NCBI GenBank assembly: GCA_965220085.1
Contig: CBDCOZ010000001.1
Location: forward strand, 1 to 64,000
Direction of reading: 5' to 3'
DNA length: 64,000 bases
Origin: Candidatus Oxydemutatoraceae bacterium
Lineage (GTDB): Bacteria > Pseudomonadota > Gammaproteobacteria > Poriferisulfidales > Oxydemutatoraceae
Position numbers and translations under genes: made by a program. Within the stretch, counting starts at the first letter, position 1; every line of letters starts with the position of its first letter. Positions 1-11,622 of this stretch are shown piece by piece. Below the pieces are notes generated by a model. It saw nothing but the letters and a program-made list of their open reading frames with translations. It was not told the origin of the DNA and searched no databases.

Positions 1-77
1 AAGCGACCGCTTAAGCGCGGCACAGGTTGCGTGATATAATGAAAAATCTTGGTTTTTCTTTACGGGATGAGTGTCTT

Positions 78-3000
78 GTGAACACTGCAAAAGGCCTTTA
101 TCGGCCGTCTTTTGAGCGTGATAATTGCGGGTTTGGCCTGATTGCCCAGATGGACGGGCATGCCAGCCACCGTATTATTGAGACCGCATTGCAATCGTTG
201 GATCGCCTGACCCATCGCGGCGCTATCGCGGCGGACGGCAAGACCGGCGACGGTTGCGGGCTGTTGATGAAGATACCCGACGGCCATATCCGCCGCAAGG
301 CGGCCGAGGCGGGCATAGAACTCGCGCGGGTTTTTGCGGTTGGCGCGGTGTTTTTGAGCGCCGACGACAGTGCGCGCGAGCGCGAGCGGGACGCGCTTGC
401 GCAGGCCGTCGCCGAGCAGGGGCTCGCGCTCGCCGGCTGGCGCGATGTGCCGATTACGCCCGCGGTCTGCGGCGAGGAAGCGGCGGCGACATTGCCGCAT
501 ATCGTTCAGGTCTTCGTCAATGGCGAGGGTCTGGCGCCCGATGCGTTTGAGCGCCGTTTGTTCGTGGCGCGCAAGAAAACCGAACACGCGCTTGCCGACG
601 ATGATGTTTTCTATGTCGCCAGCCTGTCGTGCAAGGTGCTGTCATATAAAGGACTGGTGATGCCGAACAACCTGCCGGTCTTTTATCCCGATTTGGGCGA
701 AGCGGATATGGAGACATCTATATGTGTCTTCCACCAGCGCTTCTCGACCAACACTCTGCCGCAGTGGCGCTTGTCGCAGCCGTTTCGCTTCCTCGCCCAC
801 AACGGCGAGATCAATACGATATGCGGCAATAGAAACTGGGCCAATACGCGCGCGCATATTTTTGCCAGCAAAACATTGCCCGAGTTGCCCGAGCTCGCGC
901 CGTTCGTGTCGGCGGATGAGTCGGACTCCAGCAGTCTGGATAACATGCTGGAAGTGTTGATGATGGGCGGCATCGATATCTTCCGCGCGATGCGCATGTT
1001 GATCCCGCCGGCGTGGCAGAATGTCAGCCACTTTGATCCCGACCTGCGCGCATTCTATGAGTACAACGCGATCCACATGGAGCCGTGGGACGGGCCGGCG
1101 GGCATCGTGCTGACCGACGGGCGCTATGCGTCTTGTGTGCTGGACCGAAACGGCCTGCGCCCCGCCCGCTATGTGATCACGAAAGACCGCCTGATTACGC
1201 TGGCATCGGAGATAGGCGTCCACGATTATCCGCCCGATGAGGTGGAGACGAAGGGGCGGTTGAAGCCGGGCGAGATGCTGGCGGCGGATACCCTGACCGG
1301 CGCGCTGTTGTTGCCGAAGGACATTGACGAGGAGTTGAAGAGCCGCCGCCCGTATCGCCACTGGCTGGACGACAGGGTATCGCGCATCAGCGAGCCGGCC
1401 GAGGGCGAGCCGCTTGTGCGCCCGATGTCGGATGCGACGCTCGCCGTGCACGAGAAGGCGTTTGATGTGTCGTCGGAAGAGAAGGAGCAGGTCATCAAGG
1501 CGCTCGCCGATGCCGGTCAGGAAGCGGTCGGTTCCATGGGGGACGATACGCCGCTGCCGGTTCTGTCGCGCCGCATACGCTCCCTGTTTGATAACTTCCG
1601 CCAGCAGTTTGCGCAGGTGACCAACCCGCCGATAGACCCGTTGCGCGAGGCGATCGTCATGTCGCTTGAGACCTCGCTCGGGCGCGAGATGAACCCGTTT
1701 GAGGAGTTGCCCGATCACGCCCGGCGGATGACTCTGGACTCGCCGGTCTTATCCGAGCATAAGTTCAATGCCATTTTGCAGAACAGCGCCGAGTATCCGC
1801 ACGAGGCGTTTGATTTGAATTATCCGGCGACCGAGCGCTTGCGCGCGGTGATCGAGCGGTTGTGCGATCGGGTCGCCGCTTCGGTCAGGAACGGGACGGT
1901 CATCGTCGTGTTGTCGGACCGCGCGCTCGCGCGCGACAAGTTGCCGATTCACAGCTTGCTGGCCTGCGGCGCGGCGCACCACCGGCTGATACAAGAGGGC
2001 CTGCGTTGCCATGCGAGCATCGTCGTTGAGACCGGCGCGGCGCGCGACTCGCATCACTTTGCGACCTTGATCGGCTATGGCGCGACGGCGGTCTTCCCGT
2101 ATCTGGCGTATCAATCGCTCGCCGGCATGCAGCGCGCCGGCGGCATCGACGCCGACATCGCGCCGGGGCAGCTGAACATGTCGTATCGCCGCGGCATCAA
2201 CAAGGGGCTTTACAAGATTATTTCCAAGGTCGGCATTTCGGCCATCGTCAGCTATCGCGGCGCGCAACTGTTTGAGGCGGTGGGCTTGCACGATGAGGTG
2301 ACGGACTTGTGCTTTCGCGGCACGGTCAGCCGGGTGCAGGGGGCGCGCTTTGACGATTTGCAAAACGATCAGGCGCGGCTCTCGTGGCGGGCGTGGAACC
2401 CGAGACAACCGCTGCGCCACGGCGGTCTGCTGAAGTATGCGCACGATGGCGAGTATCACGCGTTTAACCCCGATGTCGTGCAGAGTTTGCACAAGGCGGC
2501 GAAGAGCGGCGACTATGCCGACTACCAAGTCTTCGCCGACTTGGTCAATGAGCGCCCGCCGACCGTGTTGCGCGATCTGCTCGAGCCGATAGAAGCGGAG
2601 CGCCCGGCGCCGCTTGAGGAGGTGGAGCCGGCGTCTGAGATCGTCAAGCGGTTTGATTCCGCCGGCATGTCGCTTGGCGCGCTCTCGCCCGAGGCGCACG
2701 AGACGCTGGCGGCGGCGATGAACAGTCTCGGCGGGCGCTCAAACTCCGGCGAGGGCGGAGAGGACCCGGCGCGGTTTGGCACCGACAAAGTTTCCAAGAT
2801 CAAACAGGTGGCGTCGGGGCGCTTCGGCGTGACTCCGCACTATCTGGTCAACGCCGAGGTGTTGCAGATCAAGATCGCGCAGGGCGCGAAACCCGGCGAG
2901 GGCGGGCAGTTGCCGGGGCACAAAGTCAATGCGATGATTGCGCGTTTGCGTCACGCCAACGAGGGCATCGCGCTGATATCGCCGCCGCCGCATCACGATA

Positions 3001-4526
3001 TTTATTCGATTGAGGATTTGGCGCAGGTGATATTTGACCTCAAGCAGGTCAATCCCAAGGCGCTGGTGTCGGTCAAGCTGGTCGCCAAGGCGGGCGTCGG
3101 CACGATCGCCGCCGGCGTGGCCAAGGGCTATGCCGATCTGATTACCATCTCGGGATACGACGGCGGCACCGGCGCGAGTCCGCTAACGAGCATCAAATAC
3201 ACCGGGTCGCCGTGGGAGCTCGGCTTGTCCGAGACGCAGCAGGTGTTGCGCGCGAACAATCTGCGCGACAAGGTTCGGGTGCAGGCCGACGGCGGGCTTA
3301 AGACCGGGCTGGATGTGATCAAAGCGGCGTTGCTCGGGGCGGAGAGCTTCGGCTTTGGCACCGTGCCGATGCTTGCGATGGGCTGCAAGTATCTGCGCAT
3401 CTGTCATCTTAATAATTGCGCGACCGGCGTGGCGACACAGGATCAGGTTTTGCGGATGGATCATTTTATCGGCCAGCGCGAGATGGTGCGCAATTACTTT
3501 TTGTTCGTTGCCGAAGAGGCGCGCCGGTGGATGGCGCGTCTTGGCGCGCGCAAGTTTGAGGATTTGATCGGGCGCACCGAGTTGTTGCGCGCGCGCGACG
3601 GCGAAACCGACAGGCAGCGGGCGCTGGATTTGCGCCCGATACTGTCCGATGCGGGCGTTGCCGCCGACACCGCGCGTTTCTGCCGTCAGCCGCACAACCG
3701 CCCGTTTGACAAGGGCGAGCTTGCCGAGCAGATGGTCGCCGATATGACCGCTGCGATCGAGAGCAAAAGCGGCGGCGAGTTTGATTACGAGATACGCAAC
3801 ACCAACCGCTCCATCGGCGCGCGGGTGTCGGGTGAGATCGCCGCCCGACATGGCAATTACGGCATGGGCGATGCGCCGATCACGGCGCGCTTTCGCGGCA
3901 CCGCCGGACAGAGTTTCGGCGTGTGGAATGCCGGCGGGCTTGAGCTTGAACTCGAGGGCGATGCGAACGATTATGTCGGCAAAGGCATGGCGGGCGGTTC
4001 TATCGTGCTCAAGCCGCCGCCGCAATTGCTCGCGCGGGCGGACGAACTCGTGATTGCGGGCAATACGTGTTTGTACGGCGCGACCGGCGGGCGGTTTTTT
4101 GCGGCGGGCATCGTCGGCGAGCGGTTTGCGGTCAGAAACTCCGGCGCGACGGCGGTGGTCGAGGGGGTCGGCGAGCACGGCTGCGAGTATATGACCGGCG
4201 GCAGCGTGGCGGTGCTCGGCGAGACCGGGCTGAACTTTGGCGCCGGCATGACCGGCGGGGTGGCGATGGTGCTGGACGAACACGGTGTGTTCGGCGACCG
4301 CTACAACCGCGAGTTGGTCGAGATATTCCGGATTGATACCGAGCGGATGGAGCGCGAGAAAAGATACTTGCATAATCTGCTGAGCGAATATTGCGCCCGA
4401 ACCGCCAGCCCGAAGAGCAAGCGGCTGTTGGATGAGTTCTCCGCTTGCTTGTCTATGTTCTGGTTTGTCAAGCCCAAGGCGGCCGAGTTGGAGTCGCTGA
4501 TGACTTCGTTGATGCGGGCCGCATAG
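78..4526 (+). CDS. gltB: glutamate synthase large subunit
   Basis: ~1480 aa; N-terminal ERDNCGFG (Ntn Cys), [50 protein letters not shown] Fe-S motif, C-terminal GXGXG repeats. Start uncertain (27/39/78). Confidence 0.97.
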   Translation: MNTAKGLYRPSFERDNCGFGLIAQMDGHASHRIIETALQSLDRLTHRGAIAADGKTGDGCGLLMKIPDGHIRRKAAEAGIELARVFAVGAVFLSADDSARERERDALAQAVAEQGLALAGWRDVPITPAVCGEEAAATLPHIVQVFVNGEGLAPDAFERRLFVARKKTEHALADDDVFYVASLSCKVLSYKGLVMPNNLPVFYPDLGEADMETSICVFHQRFSTNTLPQWRLSQPFRFLAHNGEINTICGNRNWANTRAHIFASKTLPELPELAPFVSADESDSSSLDNMLEVLMMGGIDIFRAMRMLIPPAWQNVSHFDPDLRAFYEYNAIHMEPWDGPAGIVLTDGRYASCVLDRNGLRPARYVITKDRLITLASEIGVHDYPPDEVETKGRLKPGEMLAADTLTGALLLPKDIDEELKSRRPYRHWLDDRVSRISEPAEGEPLVRPMSDATLAVHEKAFDVSSEEKEQVIKALADAGQEAVGSMGDDTPLPVLSRRIRSLFDNFRQQFAQVTNPPIDPLREAIVMSLETSLGREMNPFEELPDHARRMTLDSPVLSEHKFNAILQNSAEYPHEAFDLNYPATERLRAVIERLCDRVAASVRNGTVIVVLSDRALARDKLPIHSLLACGAAHHRLIQEGLRCHASIVVETGAARDSHHFATLIGYGATAVFPYLAYQSLAGMQRAGGIDADIAPGQLNMSYRRGINKGLYKIISKVGISAIVSYRGAQLFEAVGLHDEVTDLCFRGTVSRVQGARFDDLQNDQARLSWRAWNPRQPLRHGGLLKYAHDGEYHAFNPDVVQSLHKAAKSGDYADYQVFADLVNERPPTVLRDLLEPIEAERPAPLEEVEPASEIVKRFDSAGMSLGALSPEAHETLAAAMNSLGGRSNSGEGGEDPARFGTDKVSKIKQVASGRFGVTPHYLVNAEVLQIKIAQGAKPGEGGQLPGHKVNAMIARLRHANEGIALISPPPHHDIYSIEDLAQVIFDLKQVNPKALVSVKLVAKAGVGTIAAGVAKGYADLITISGYDGGTGASPLTSIKYTGSPWELGLSETQQVLRANNLRDKVRVQADGGLKTGLDVIKAALLGAESFGFGTVPMLAMGCKYLRICHLNNCATGVATQDQVLRMDHFIGQREMVRNYFLFVAEEARRWMARLGARKFEDLIGRTELLRARDGETDRQRALDLRPILSDAGVAADTARFCRQPHNRPFDKGELAEQMVADMTAAIESKSGGEFDYEIRNTNRSIGARVSGEIAARHGNYGMGDAPITARFRGTAGQSFGVWNAGGLELELEGDANDYVGKGMAGGSIVLKPPPQLLARADELVIAGNTCLYGATGGRFFAAGIVGERFAVRNSGATAVVEGVGEHGCEYMTGGSVAVLGETGLNFGAGMTGGVAMVLDEHGVFGDRYNRELVEIFRIDTERMEREKRYLHNLLSEYCARTASPKSKRLLDEFSACLSMFWFVKPKAAELESLMTSLMRAA

Positions 4527-4545
4527 TCGCGCGGGCGATTGCGCT

Positions 4546-6321
4546 ATGGCGGGTAAAATTCCTCCGGCCTTTATCAACGAGTTGTTGGCGCGCACCGACA
4601 TCGCAAACGTGATCGGCAAATATGTCCCGCTGAAAAAGCGCGGGCGCGAGTATGTCGCTTGTTGCCCTTTTCACAATGAGAAGACGCCGTCGTTTACGGT
4701 GAGCCCGGAAAAGCAATTTTTCCATTGCTTCGGCTGCGGCGAGAACGGCAGCGCTATCGGGTTTTTGATGAAGCACCAGCGACTCAGTTTTCCCGAGGCG
4801 GCGGAGATACTGGCGCGCGATGCCGGTCTTGAAGTGCCGCGCGAGGCGGGCGCTAAAGGCGAGTTTGACAAGCACAAGAAGTTGTTCACGGTGTTGGAGC
4901 AGACCGCCAATCTGTACCGCAAGTATCTCAAAGAAGGCGCGCAGGCAAAGGCGTATCTGCGCGAGCGCGGCATCGATGCGGCGGTTGCCGATGCCTTCAT
5001 GCTCGGCTTTGCGCCGCGCGCGTACGGGCACTTGAAGCAGGCGTTTAACACCGCGTATGATGAGAAGCTGTTGCTTGCGGCGGGCGTCTTGAGCCGCAGC
5101 GAAAAGGGCGATGTGTATGAGCGGTTTCGTGAGCGCGTCATCTTTCCGATTCGCGATCGCGGCGGGCGGGTCATCGCGTTTGGCGGGCGCGTTTTGCCCG
5201 GCGGCGATGCGCCGGCGAAGTATCTCAACTCGCCGGAGACGCCGGTGTTTCAGAAACGCAATGTGCTGTATGGCGTTTACGAGTTGCGGCAGGCTGGCAA
5301 GTACGATCGCATCATCGTCGTGGAGGGCTATATGGATGTCGTGTCGCTTGCGCAACACGGCGCGCGCAATGTGCTTGCGACGCTCGGCACCGCGTGTACC
5401 CGTTCGCATATTCAAGGGATACTGCGTATCGTGCCGCACGTGGTGTTTTGTTTTGACAGCGACCTCGCCGGGCGCAAAGCGGCGGCGCGGGCGATGGAGC
5501 AATCTCTGCCGTTAGCTACCGATGAGCGCCGGATTGACTTCTTGTTTCTGCCGCAAGGGCACGACCCCGACAGCTTTGTGCGCGAGCACGGCAAGGAGGC
5601 GTTTGATGCGGCGGCGCGCGAGGCGACTTCGCTGGCGGATTTTATGTTTGAGTATTGCGGCGCGGGGGATGAGGGCGCGCGCGGCGATGATATTGCCGCG
5701 AACACGCAAATGGCGAATAAGCTGAAGCCGTTGCTGGCGCAACTTCCGCCGGGCGTGTTCCGCGAGCAGATGTATGCGAAGTTGGCCGGGCGACTCGGCA
5801 TTGCGGTTGAGAGACTGCGCCCGCAGATGGCTTCTGCGACGGGTGTTCCTTCCCGCCCGCTTGCGGTCAAATACAAAAAGACCGGCGGCGCGCGGACGCG
5901 GCCCGGTTACTCTACGGTTAAAACGGCGATTGCGCTGTTGCTCAATGACCCGCAACTGGCGGAGTCGGTTGCCGATGCGGAACGTTTTGCGCGGCTGGAA
6001 GGGACGGCGTTGCTGATCGATATCCTGCGACAGATTCGTCAGCACGGCCTGACGACCGGCGGCAGCGTGGTGGAGATGTATCGCGAACACGAGCACGGGG
6101 GGTCTTTGTGCCGGCTGGCGGCGGAGTTTCCGGCATCCGCGGATGCGCGAGTGCGCCGAAGCGAATTTGTTGATGCGATAAAGCAGATTGACAAGCGCAT
6201 TTTGGATAAGCAGATTGAGGAGCTGATTGCCGATCAACGGGTGTCCGGAGCGAGCGCCGACAAGCAGGCGCGGCTCAAAGAGTTGCTTGAAGAAAAACGC
6301 AAGCTGAGCGCCGACGCCTAG
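4546..6321 (+). CDS. dnaG: DNA primase
   Basis: CHC2 zinc finger CPFHNEKTPSF...CFGC, KYLNSPET, TOPRIM VVEGYMDV, CFDSD. Confidence 0.97.
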   Translation: MAGKIPPAFINELLARTDIANVIGKYVPLKKRGREYVACCPFHNEKTPSFTVSPEKQFFHCFGCGENGSAIGFLMKHQRLSFPEAAEILARDAGLEVPREAGAKGEFDKHKKLFTVLEQTANLYRKYLKEGAQAKAYLRERGIDAAVADAFMLGFAPRAYGHLKQAFNTAYDEKLLLAAGVLSRSEKGDVYERFRERVIFPIRDRGGRVIAFGGRVLPGGDAPAKYLNSPETPVFQKRNVLYGVYELRQAGKYDRIIVVEGYMDVVSLAQHGARNVLATLGTACTRSHIQGILRIVPHVVFCFDSDLAGRKAAARAMEQSLPLATDERRIDFLFLPQGHDPDSFVREHGKEAFDAAAREATSLADFMFEYCGAGDEGARGDDIAANTQMANKLKPLLAQLPPGVFREQMYAKLAGRLGIAVERLRPQMASATGVPSRPLAVKYKKTGGARTRPGYSTVKTAIALLLNDPQLAESVADAERFARLEGTALLIDILRQIRQHGLTTGGSVVEMYREHEHGGSLCRLAAEFPASADARVRRSEFVDAIKQIDKRILDKQIEELIADQRVSGASADKQARLKELLEEKRKLSADA

Positions 6322-6404
6322 TTCCTCGGGGCGGGCGTCGCAACTCAACGGCACCGGATGTCGCATATATCGCGGTCGTGCAAGCGGCGGCATGTCCGCG
6401 CCGG

Positions 6405-6590
6405 GCACTTGCGCACTCTGTGTGGCGATGAGCAGAATCTCGCGTATGCCGGCGGTCATCAGCACCGACAGCGGCAGCAAATCATCGGCTTGTGGCAGAC
6501 CGGCAACAACTGCTTGGATGTGCCCTTGGTGACGGGCATAGCCGTGTCCCGCAGCCTCCTGCGAGGACGATGCCTTTGCGGTTTTGGTCG
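6405..6590 (-). pseudogene. rfbA: 5' fragment of glucose-1-phosphate thymidylyltransferase (RmlA/RfbA), frameshifted
   Basis: Across frames: KGIVLAGGCGTRL / PVTKGTSKQLLPVCHKPMI / PLSVLMTAGIREILLI, matching the RmlA N-terminus; rest of the gene absent. Confidence 0.8.
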
Positions 6591-6826
6591 CGGTTGTTGC
6601 TCTTTTGTTAGTGTCCGGGCGGTGACGGCGTGTTTGGTATTCGCAATGCCGGACTCATATCGCATCGCCACATCCGCCATTTTTGTTTTATAGGCAAAGG
6701 TTATTAAGGGGGTTTGGGGTTAAATTGCAAAACGGCGCTCGCCGTAATTTTGTTTTTCCGGCATTATTTTGTATGATTCTCGTTTGCCGAATTAGTTCGT
6801 CAATAATTGTTAGCAAGATAGCGCTT

Positions 6827-7195
6827 ATGACAAACCCTCTGAAACAACAAGATTTTCCATTTCTGATAGAGTCGGAACCGGTCTCTCAGCAAGAGGAGAT
6901 TATGGCAGATGCCATGCGCTCTTATGAAGAGAGCATTGCATACATTTTGCGGGACGAAGAGCTTACGAAAGCTGTCGCAGTCGAATTAAACAAGATGAGC
7001 AAGCAGGAAGACGACAGCAGTTTTTTGAGCCCTTTGGCTTTTGCCGGCTTTTTCTCTGATGAGCCGAGCGGTGATTGGTTCGGCGCCAAAGGTTTTCACA
7101 TGGATAATATGAACCTTGCAAGCGACAGAAAGAAAGTTGACAGAGCGCTTCTGAGCGCCTTGTTTAGCACGGAATCAAGCCGCAATGCCGCCTGA
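6827..7195 (+). CDS. hypothetical protein
   Basis: 122-aa ORF, lower GC, overlaps next gene. Confidence 0.5.
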   Translation: MTNPLKQQDFPFLIESEPVSQQEEIMADAMRSYEESIAYILRDEELTKAVAVELNKMSKQEDDSSFLSPLAFAGFFSDEPSGDWFGAKGFHMDNMNLASDRKKVDRALLSALFSTESSRNAA

Positions 7196-7586
7196 AATTG
7201 AGAACTCCAAAGCTTCTGATACCTCGGTCGATCCCTCCTCTGATAATCCGACTAATCCGATTGAAAGCAAACAAGCATCCCATTTTGTACAACAGGTATG
7301 GGAAGCTCCAATCCTCCCGCCTAAAATATTTAATGAGTACTCTCCTGAGGCGCAGAAACAAATGTTGGAGTGTATGGCAAAAGAGCAAGCCCAAAGACAT
7401 TATGACAGGAAACAAACGAATTGGTTTACATTTGTCATATTGCTTGTTCTTGCGGTTGGAGGGGTTTTTCTGGCATACCATGGCAAGGGGTTAGGCACAT
7501 TCCTTTCCGGGTCCATGGTGCTATTCATATTTTATCAGGCGCTCAAGGACAAGATTGGGAAAATTTTTAAAAGGCCAAAGTCCTGA
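7185..7586 (+). CDS. small membrane protein, DUF2335-like
   Basis: PILPPKIFNEYSPEAQKQMLECMAKEQAQRH followed by two hydrophobic helices. Confidence 0.55.
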   Translation: MPPEIENSKASDTSVDPSSDNPTNPIESKQASHFVQQVWEAPILPPKIFNEYSPEAQKQMLECMAKEQAQRHYDRKQTNWFTFVILLVLAVGGVFLAYHGKGLGTFLSGSMVLFIFYQALKDKIGKIFKRPKS

Positions 7587-7785
7587 CTCAAGGCTTGTTC
7601 TTTCCGGTAGTGCGAGCCCCTGACGAAGTGCCAACCACATAGCCTACCGCTTAATCATCGTCTTGCTCCTTGCGGGTGCGGGAACAGGTTGTAGCGAAGT
7701 ATTGCCGCGAACGCTCTCTTAGAAATTTGGTTGATGCGGCGGATTGCATAAGCGAGAGCGAGTTGTAAACAGATTGCTCAGGCGA

Positions 7786-8295
7786 CTACAAGTCAGTTTG
7801 CCCCCGCTTCAAAGAATCGTTGAGCGCTGTTTGTGCGGATTGATGCTTTGGCGCAGGTTCGTAAATGACAATATCCACACCGCTCAAATCACCAAGCGCA
7901 CTGACGATATGCGGTTTTACATCGGCCCAATTCAATCCGCCGTTGCCGCAACCGAGAGGGGGAATGGCGATGGACTTCACATCGTTAGCGCGGATGAAGT
8001 CACGCAAATCTTTTAGGCCGTCGATAACCCACTCTATTTTTGTGTGCCCCCGCCAATGCTCTTTTGTCGGAAAGTTGACAATCCATTTGGGGTTGTACAT
8101 GCCCGACTCTGTTACAAACATGGACCCCACTTTCAGGCGCTTTGCTTTGCAGGCTTTTTGATATGCCTTAAAGTTTTTCGGGTATGCCTTTTTGAACATC
8201 AGAGCAATGCCCTTGCCCATGACGCCCACTGTGTTGACGGTGTTCACCAACGCTTCCGCGTCGGCATCCAATATGTTTCCGTGTGTGTGTCGCAT
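7786..8295 (-). CDS. darG: DarG-type macrodomain antitoxin, C-terminally truncated
   Basis: [44 protein letters not shown]; only the macrodomain is present. Confidence 0.8.
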   Translation of the reverse strand: MRHTHGNILDADAEALVNTVNTVGVMGKGIALMFKKAYPKNFKAYQKACKAKRLKVGSMFVTESGMYNPKWIVNFPTKEHWRGHTKIEWVIDGLKDLRDFIRANDVKSIAIPPLGCGNGGLNWADVKPHIVSALGDLSGVDIVIYEPAPKHQSAQTALNDSLKRGQTDL

Positions 8296-8400
8296 TAGAA
8301 GTACCAGCCAGGGTTTTGACAGATATCAATAGGAGTGTTTCTTTCTTGAACCGACATGGCTAACTCATTCCTCGCTATTGTAGCAAGCTATAGTTGCGAG
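8295..8400 (-). pseudogene. darT: 3' remnant of DarT ADP-ribosyltransferase toxin
   Basis: Reads ...[13 protein letters not shown], the typical DarT C-terminus; stop overlaps the darG start (TAATG). Confidence 0.65.
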
Positions 8401-8443
8401 AGTCTTGATGGGGGATTATATGCCTGTGTATATGCAATGGGGT

Positions 8444-8602
8444 TCACCGCTTGGTTAGCTTATACTTGATATTCAGCTCTTCAACTGTCGGTTCTCTGTT
8501 CTCGTAGGTTGATACCTTTCTATCTTTTTTATGTCCTAATATCTCCCTTGCGGCCTCTTCCATCCTGTCTTCTGGTATTTTCTTATGGTCTTTTTGTTTC
8601 AT
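8444..8602 (-). CDS. 52-aa hypothetical passenger protein (below ORF-track cutoff)
   Basis: MKQKDHKKIPEDRMEEAAREILGHKKDRKVSTYENREPTVEELNIKYKLTKR*, overlapping the end of the upstream gene. Confidence 0.45.
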   Translation of the reverse strand: MKQKDHKKIPEDRMEEAAREILGHKKDRKVSTYENREPTVEELNIKYKLTKR

Positions 8603-9260
8603 GAATGCCGTCCATTACATTTTGAAGCTCATTTATCCTACACGCAAACACATTCGCAGTACAGTGACTCTGTAGGTTTTCCATTCGTGTTTTGTCTACA
8701 TGACCATTTTTTGTGCCGTAGTATTCCCCGTCGGCAATAGCAACAAAATATGTGGCGGGCAACGAACAATTACGGGCTTCTTTAATAAAAGCTATTAAAT
8801 CCCGATATTGATTGTCTTGCGCACCGCCTGATTGCTTTGTATATTTATGTGCCGCATAGAAGGTATTGCCTTTGTACTCCCACTTAAAGTCGATAGTTTT
8901 AGCATTTGACTGACCGCCGGTCTTTTTTAACTCCTTGCGCTCTATAACCCCGCCATTGCATACAACAAGCGCTGTATTGGGTAAGTTTTCAAACTTCATT
9001 ACTCCGGGTATCCTGCTGATATATTCTGCCGCAAGCTTTTCATAAAAATTTTGTGTGTTAGGATTCTTTGCAAACAAGGCAGCAACAATTTTATTAGTGC
9101 ATATCTGTTCTATAACTTCCTGCTTGGTAAATCCGAAGTTTTCACAAAAGTTTTCAATCTTTCTGTCTATATCTAACTGCCCGGTCTCTGCATCTTTTAT
9201 CACTAATTCAACATTCTTGCGGTATGCAGCTTCATACGCCTTTTTATAATCACACTGCAT
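8583..9260 (-). CDS. putative restriction endonuclease-like protein
   Basis: KTIDF...AHKYTKQSGGAQDNQ...IADG, reminiscent of PD-(D/E)XK type II REases; coupled to the MTase. Confidence 0.5.
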   Translation of the reverse strand: MQCDYKKAYEAAYRKNVELVIKDAETGQLDIDRKIENFCENFGFTKQEVIEQICTNKIVAALFAKNPNTQNFYEKLAAEYISRIPGVMKFENLPNTALVVCNGGVIERKELKKTGGQSNAKTIDFKWEYKGNTFYAAHKYTKQSGGAQDNQYRDLIAFIKEARNCSLPATYFVAIADGEYYGTKNGHVDKTRMENLQSHCTANVFACRINELQNVMDGIHETKRP

Positions 9261-10182
9261 TGATAAAACCCCTTGCTAACGCAAACTCCATACGCCTGCG
9301 ATAATAACCATCCTTACGCATTCCCTTGAACGGTGTTAGGAATACATCGCGCGTATCATTTCTAAATGTGGCAATGCTCCTGTTTAATCTATTTATGAGT
9401 TTGCTTGTTGCCATAGAGAAGTCGCCGCTTATCCTGGTTATAAAACGTGACGACACTTTAATCTCATGACCGGCTATCTCGCCTACCTCACAAAATCGTA
9501 TTGTTGGTTTTTCTGTGTCATCAAATGAGATGAACCCTAATTGTCCTTGTGGGTCATTAAATCGCACTGACCGGTCATGCTTGGGTTTAGGCAATGCGGC
9601 ATGCATTTTTTTCAATGTGCCAATACGGGTGTCATCGTAATACAAATCAACTCGCGCGTTTTCTTTGGCAGCAAACAGAGCCAAGCAAACGGGGTTTTCT
9701 GTATCCTCAAACAGTATCTTATGCAGTAATGTGTATGACGATAGCCGCCGTTGGAATAGTCCGGTTTGTAAGAAGCTGGCGGGGATAATGGCCGCTACAT
9801 ATGCACAGTTATCCAAGCATAGCGACAAGCAATGCTTGTACAGGTCATCATACTCGCTGACCGGGTATGGCAACCCTCTGCGAGTGGCAGAATTGCGGGC
9901 TAACCAAGGGGGGTTAGTGATGCACACATCAAAATCTTTGGGGAAGTTCTTTATTGTATCCCGCTTTCTTACATACTTGTTCTGTGGGTCAATGTCAAAT
10001 GATGCAAACGCATTACACAGTTCCATATCTCGCAAAGCATCAACAATATGATTAGCCCCTGCAAAAGGTTCAAGCAAGCAACCATCCCTCAGCCCTGCTT
10101 TATCAGCCCACCGCCTAAATACACGCAAACCAAACGGATTGCCAACGGTAAAGTACTGACCTCTGCTTCGTTTTTTGCTCAC
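9250..10182 (-). CDS. amino (N6-adenine-type) DNA methyltransferase
   Basis: Motif I LEPFAG, FDID, motif IV ITNPPW, DDLYK. Confidence 0.75.
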   Translation of the reverse strand: MSKKRSRGQYFTVGNPFGLRVFRRWADKAGLRDGCLLEPFAGANHIVDALRDMELCNAFASFDIDPQNKYVRKRDTIKNFPKDFDVCITNPPWLARNSATRRGLPYPVSEYDDLYKHCLSLCLDNCAYVAAIIPASFLQTGLFQRRLSSYTLLHKILFEDTENPVCLALFAAKENARVDLYYDDTRIGTLKKMHAALPKPKHDRSVRFNDPQGQLGFISFDDTEKPTIRFCEVGEIAGHEIKVSSRFITRISGDFSMATSKLINRLNRSIATFRNDTRDVFLTPFKGMRKDGYYRRRMEFALARGFINAV

Positions 10183-10685
10183 TGTATCAATTCCTTAGGG
10201 GTAATCCGTTTGCCCGCGATGCCTTTTGCCATCGCCTCCATGCGGTCAATCGTATCTGCTTCACAGTTTCCATCATTCAAGCGACAGGCAAATTCATCTG
10301 CATAGCGGGATAGATGCTTCTTACTGATATGGCGGTATGTGCCGTTGTGGCCTCGCTTCAATACCGCCCATACGGATTCAATGCCGTTAGCATGTGTGGC
10401 AACATACTCTTTAACAGAATGATTAACAGCGTAATGACGATTGACTACACCGTCGTACGAAGGGTTTTCATCCGTAAAGAGGGCAGAACCCTTACGGACA
10501 TTTTTATGTATCATACCTTGCAAAGTTTCCTTTGTCGTATTTAGTGTTGGCATAGCTTTCGTTAATGCGAGCATACTGGCTTGCCACCATCCCATAGCGT
10601 TTTCTTTAGCCATTTAATAGCTTTATATTCTGTTGAGAACACCTGATGCAAATAATCCGATTGTTTTTGCCTTTCTCTTTGTCAT
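10179..10685 (-). pseudogene. IS1595-family transposase, frameshifted and internally deleted
   Basis: LFTDENPSY, VNHS, HANGIESVWAVLKRG, SKKHLSRYADEF, GKRIT; N-terminal FSTEYKAIKWL..LWDG lies in another frame. Confidence 0.85.
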
Positions 10686-10780
10686 TGATTTACTCTTGTC
10701 TTATGGTGCGTTTGCATACAATAATATTTTAATCAGATATGAAATGTCAAGCTCTTGTGCATACACAGTATATAACTCCC

Positions 10781-10950
10781 TGTTGATGGGCATATGCTTA
10801 TGGAAAGGTGTGAAATAGAAAGGTATGTAATCATCCAATGTTCCGCTCAGGGAAATTGGAATAATTCTTCTGGACCTTGAGTGTCAGGAGTCGGATAAAC
10901 CGCAAGTATAAATGGGATGTTACACACCAAAGTAATTTAGTCTCTTTGTT
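10781..10950 (-). pseudogene. darT: 5' remnant of DarT toxin
   Basis: rc of 10801-10860 reads PISLSGTLDDYIPFYFTPF, the conserved DarT GTLxDYVPFYFTP motif. Confidence 0.7.
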
Positions 10951-11000
10951 TGTGCTTGTTCTGGTCTACATATTCAATTAATACGTCGTAGAAGAATGAC

Positions 11001-11622
11001 TTGTCGCCTCTTATTTTGGTGGCGGCAACATATTTTATTGTCAAAACAAGCACAAGGCTTGACTCTACAAATGCAAGGCTTGATGCTTTTGAGAAACATG
11101 TTGATGACCGGTTTAGGCACGTTGATGAGCAGTTTGGGCGCATCGATGAGCAATTTAGGCGCATCGATGCACAATTTAGGCGCATTGATAACCAGTTTAA
11201 GGAAGTAAAGGATACGATGAGGGATTTCCAAAAAGACCTTTTGGATAAGTGGGGTCCGTCAGTGATCCAATCATCTAGCCCTGTCAGTTTAACAGAGTAT
11301 GGAAAAGAGATAGCTGATAAGGTGGAGGCCAAACGCATAGCCAGCGCCTACGCTGATAAACTTAAAGATGAGAAGGATATAGATAGCATGAACTCTTATG
11401 AGATACAAGAATATTGTTTCTCATATGCGAAAGAGAAGTTGTTAGCAAACTTGAAAAGCGAATACCCCTAGGACTTACAAAGCAATATCTGATTATGCTT
11501 ATCAGGCCGGCTTGGAAACGGAAAAAATAACTCGTGTTATTGGAGTTGAGCTTAGGGACAAGTTGCTTGAATCCGCGCAGGCATCAGAAAGCGAAAGAGA
11601 TAATCATCGCCCCTCGTCGTGA
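11001..11622 (+). pseudogene. coiled-coil hypothetical protein with probable frameshift at 11465-11468
   Basis: Heptad repeats (VDDRFRH/VDEQFGR/IDEQFRR/IDAQFRR/IDNQFKE); stop at 11471, but a shifted frame continues PRTYKAISDYAYQAGLETEKITRVIGVELRDKLL. Confidence 0.5.

Larger units (their letters stand above)
8411..10780 (-). mobile_element. IS1595-family element with passenger genes; transposase decayed
   Basis: Imperfect terminal IRs GGGGATTATATGCCTGTGTATATGCA (8411-) and rc GGGAGTTATATACTGTGTATGCACA (-10780); flanking 8-mers TCTTGATG / TGTTGATG; internal ISXO2-like transposase remnant. Confidence 0.75.

Noticed and set aside
60-6480. Long antisense or alternate-frame ORFs over gltB and dnaG (also over rpoD, parA, mnmG, mcrC)
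   Set aside because: Shadow ORFs caused by high-GC codon usage of the real genes.
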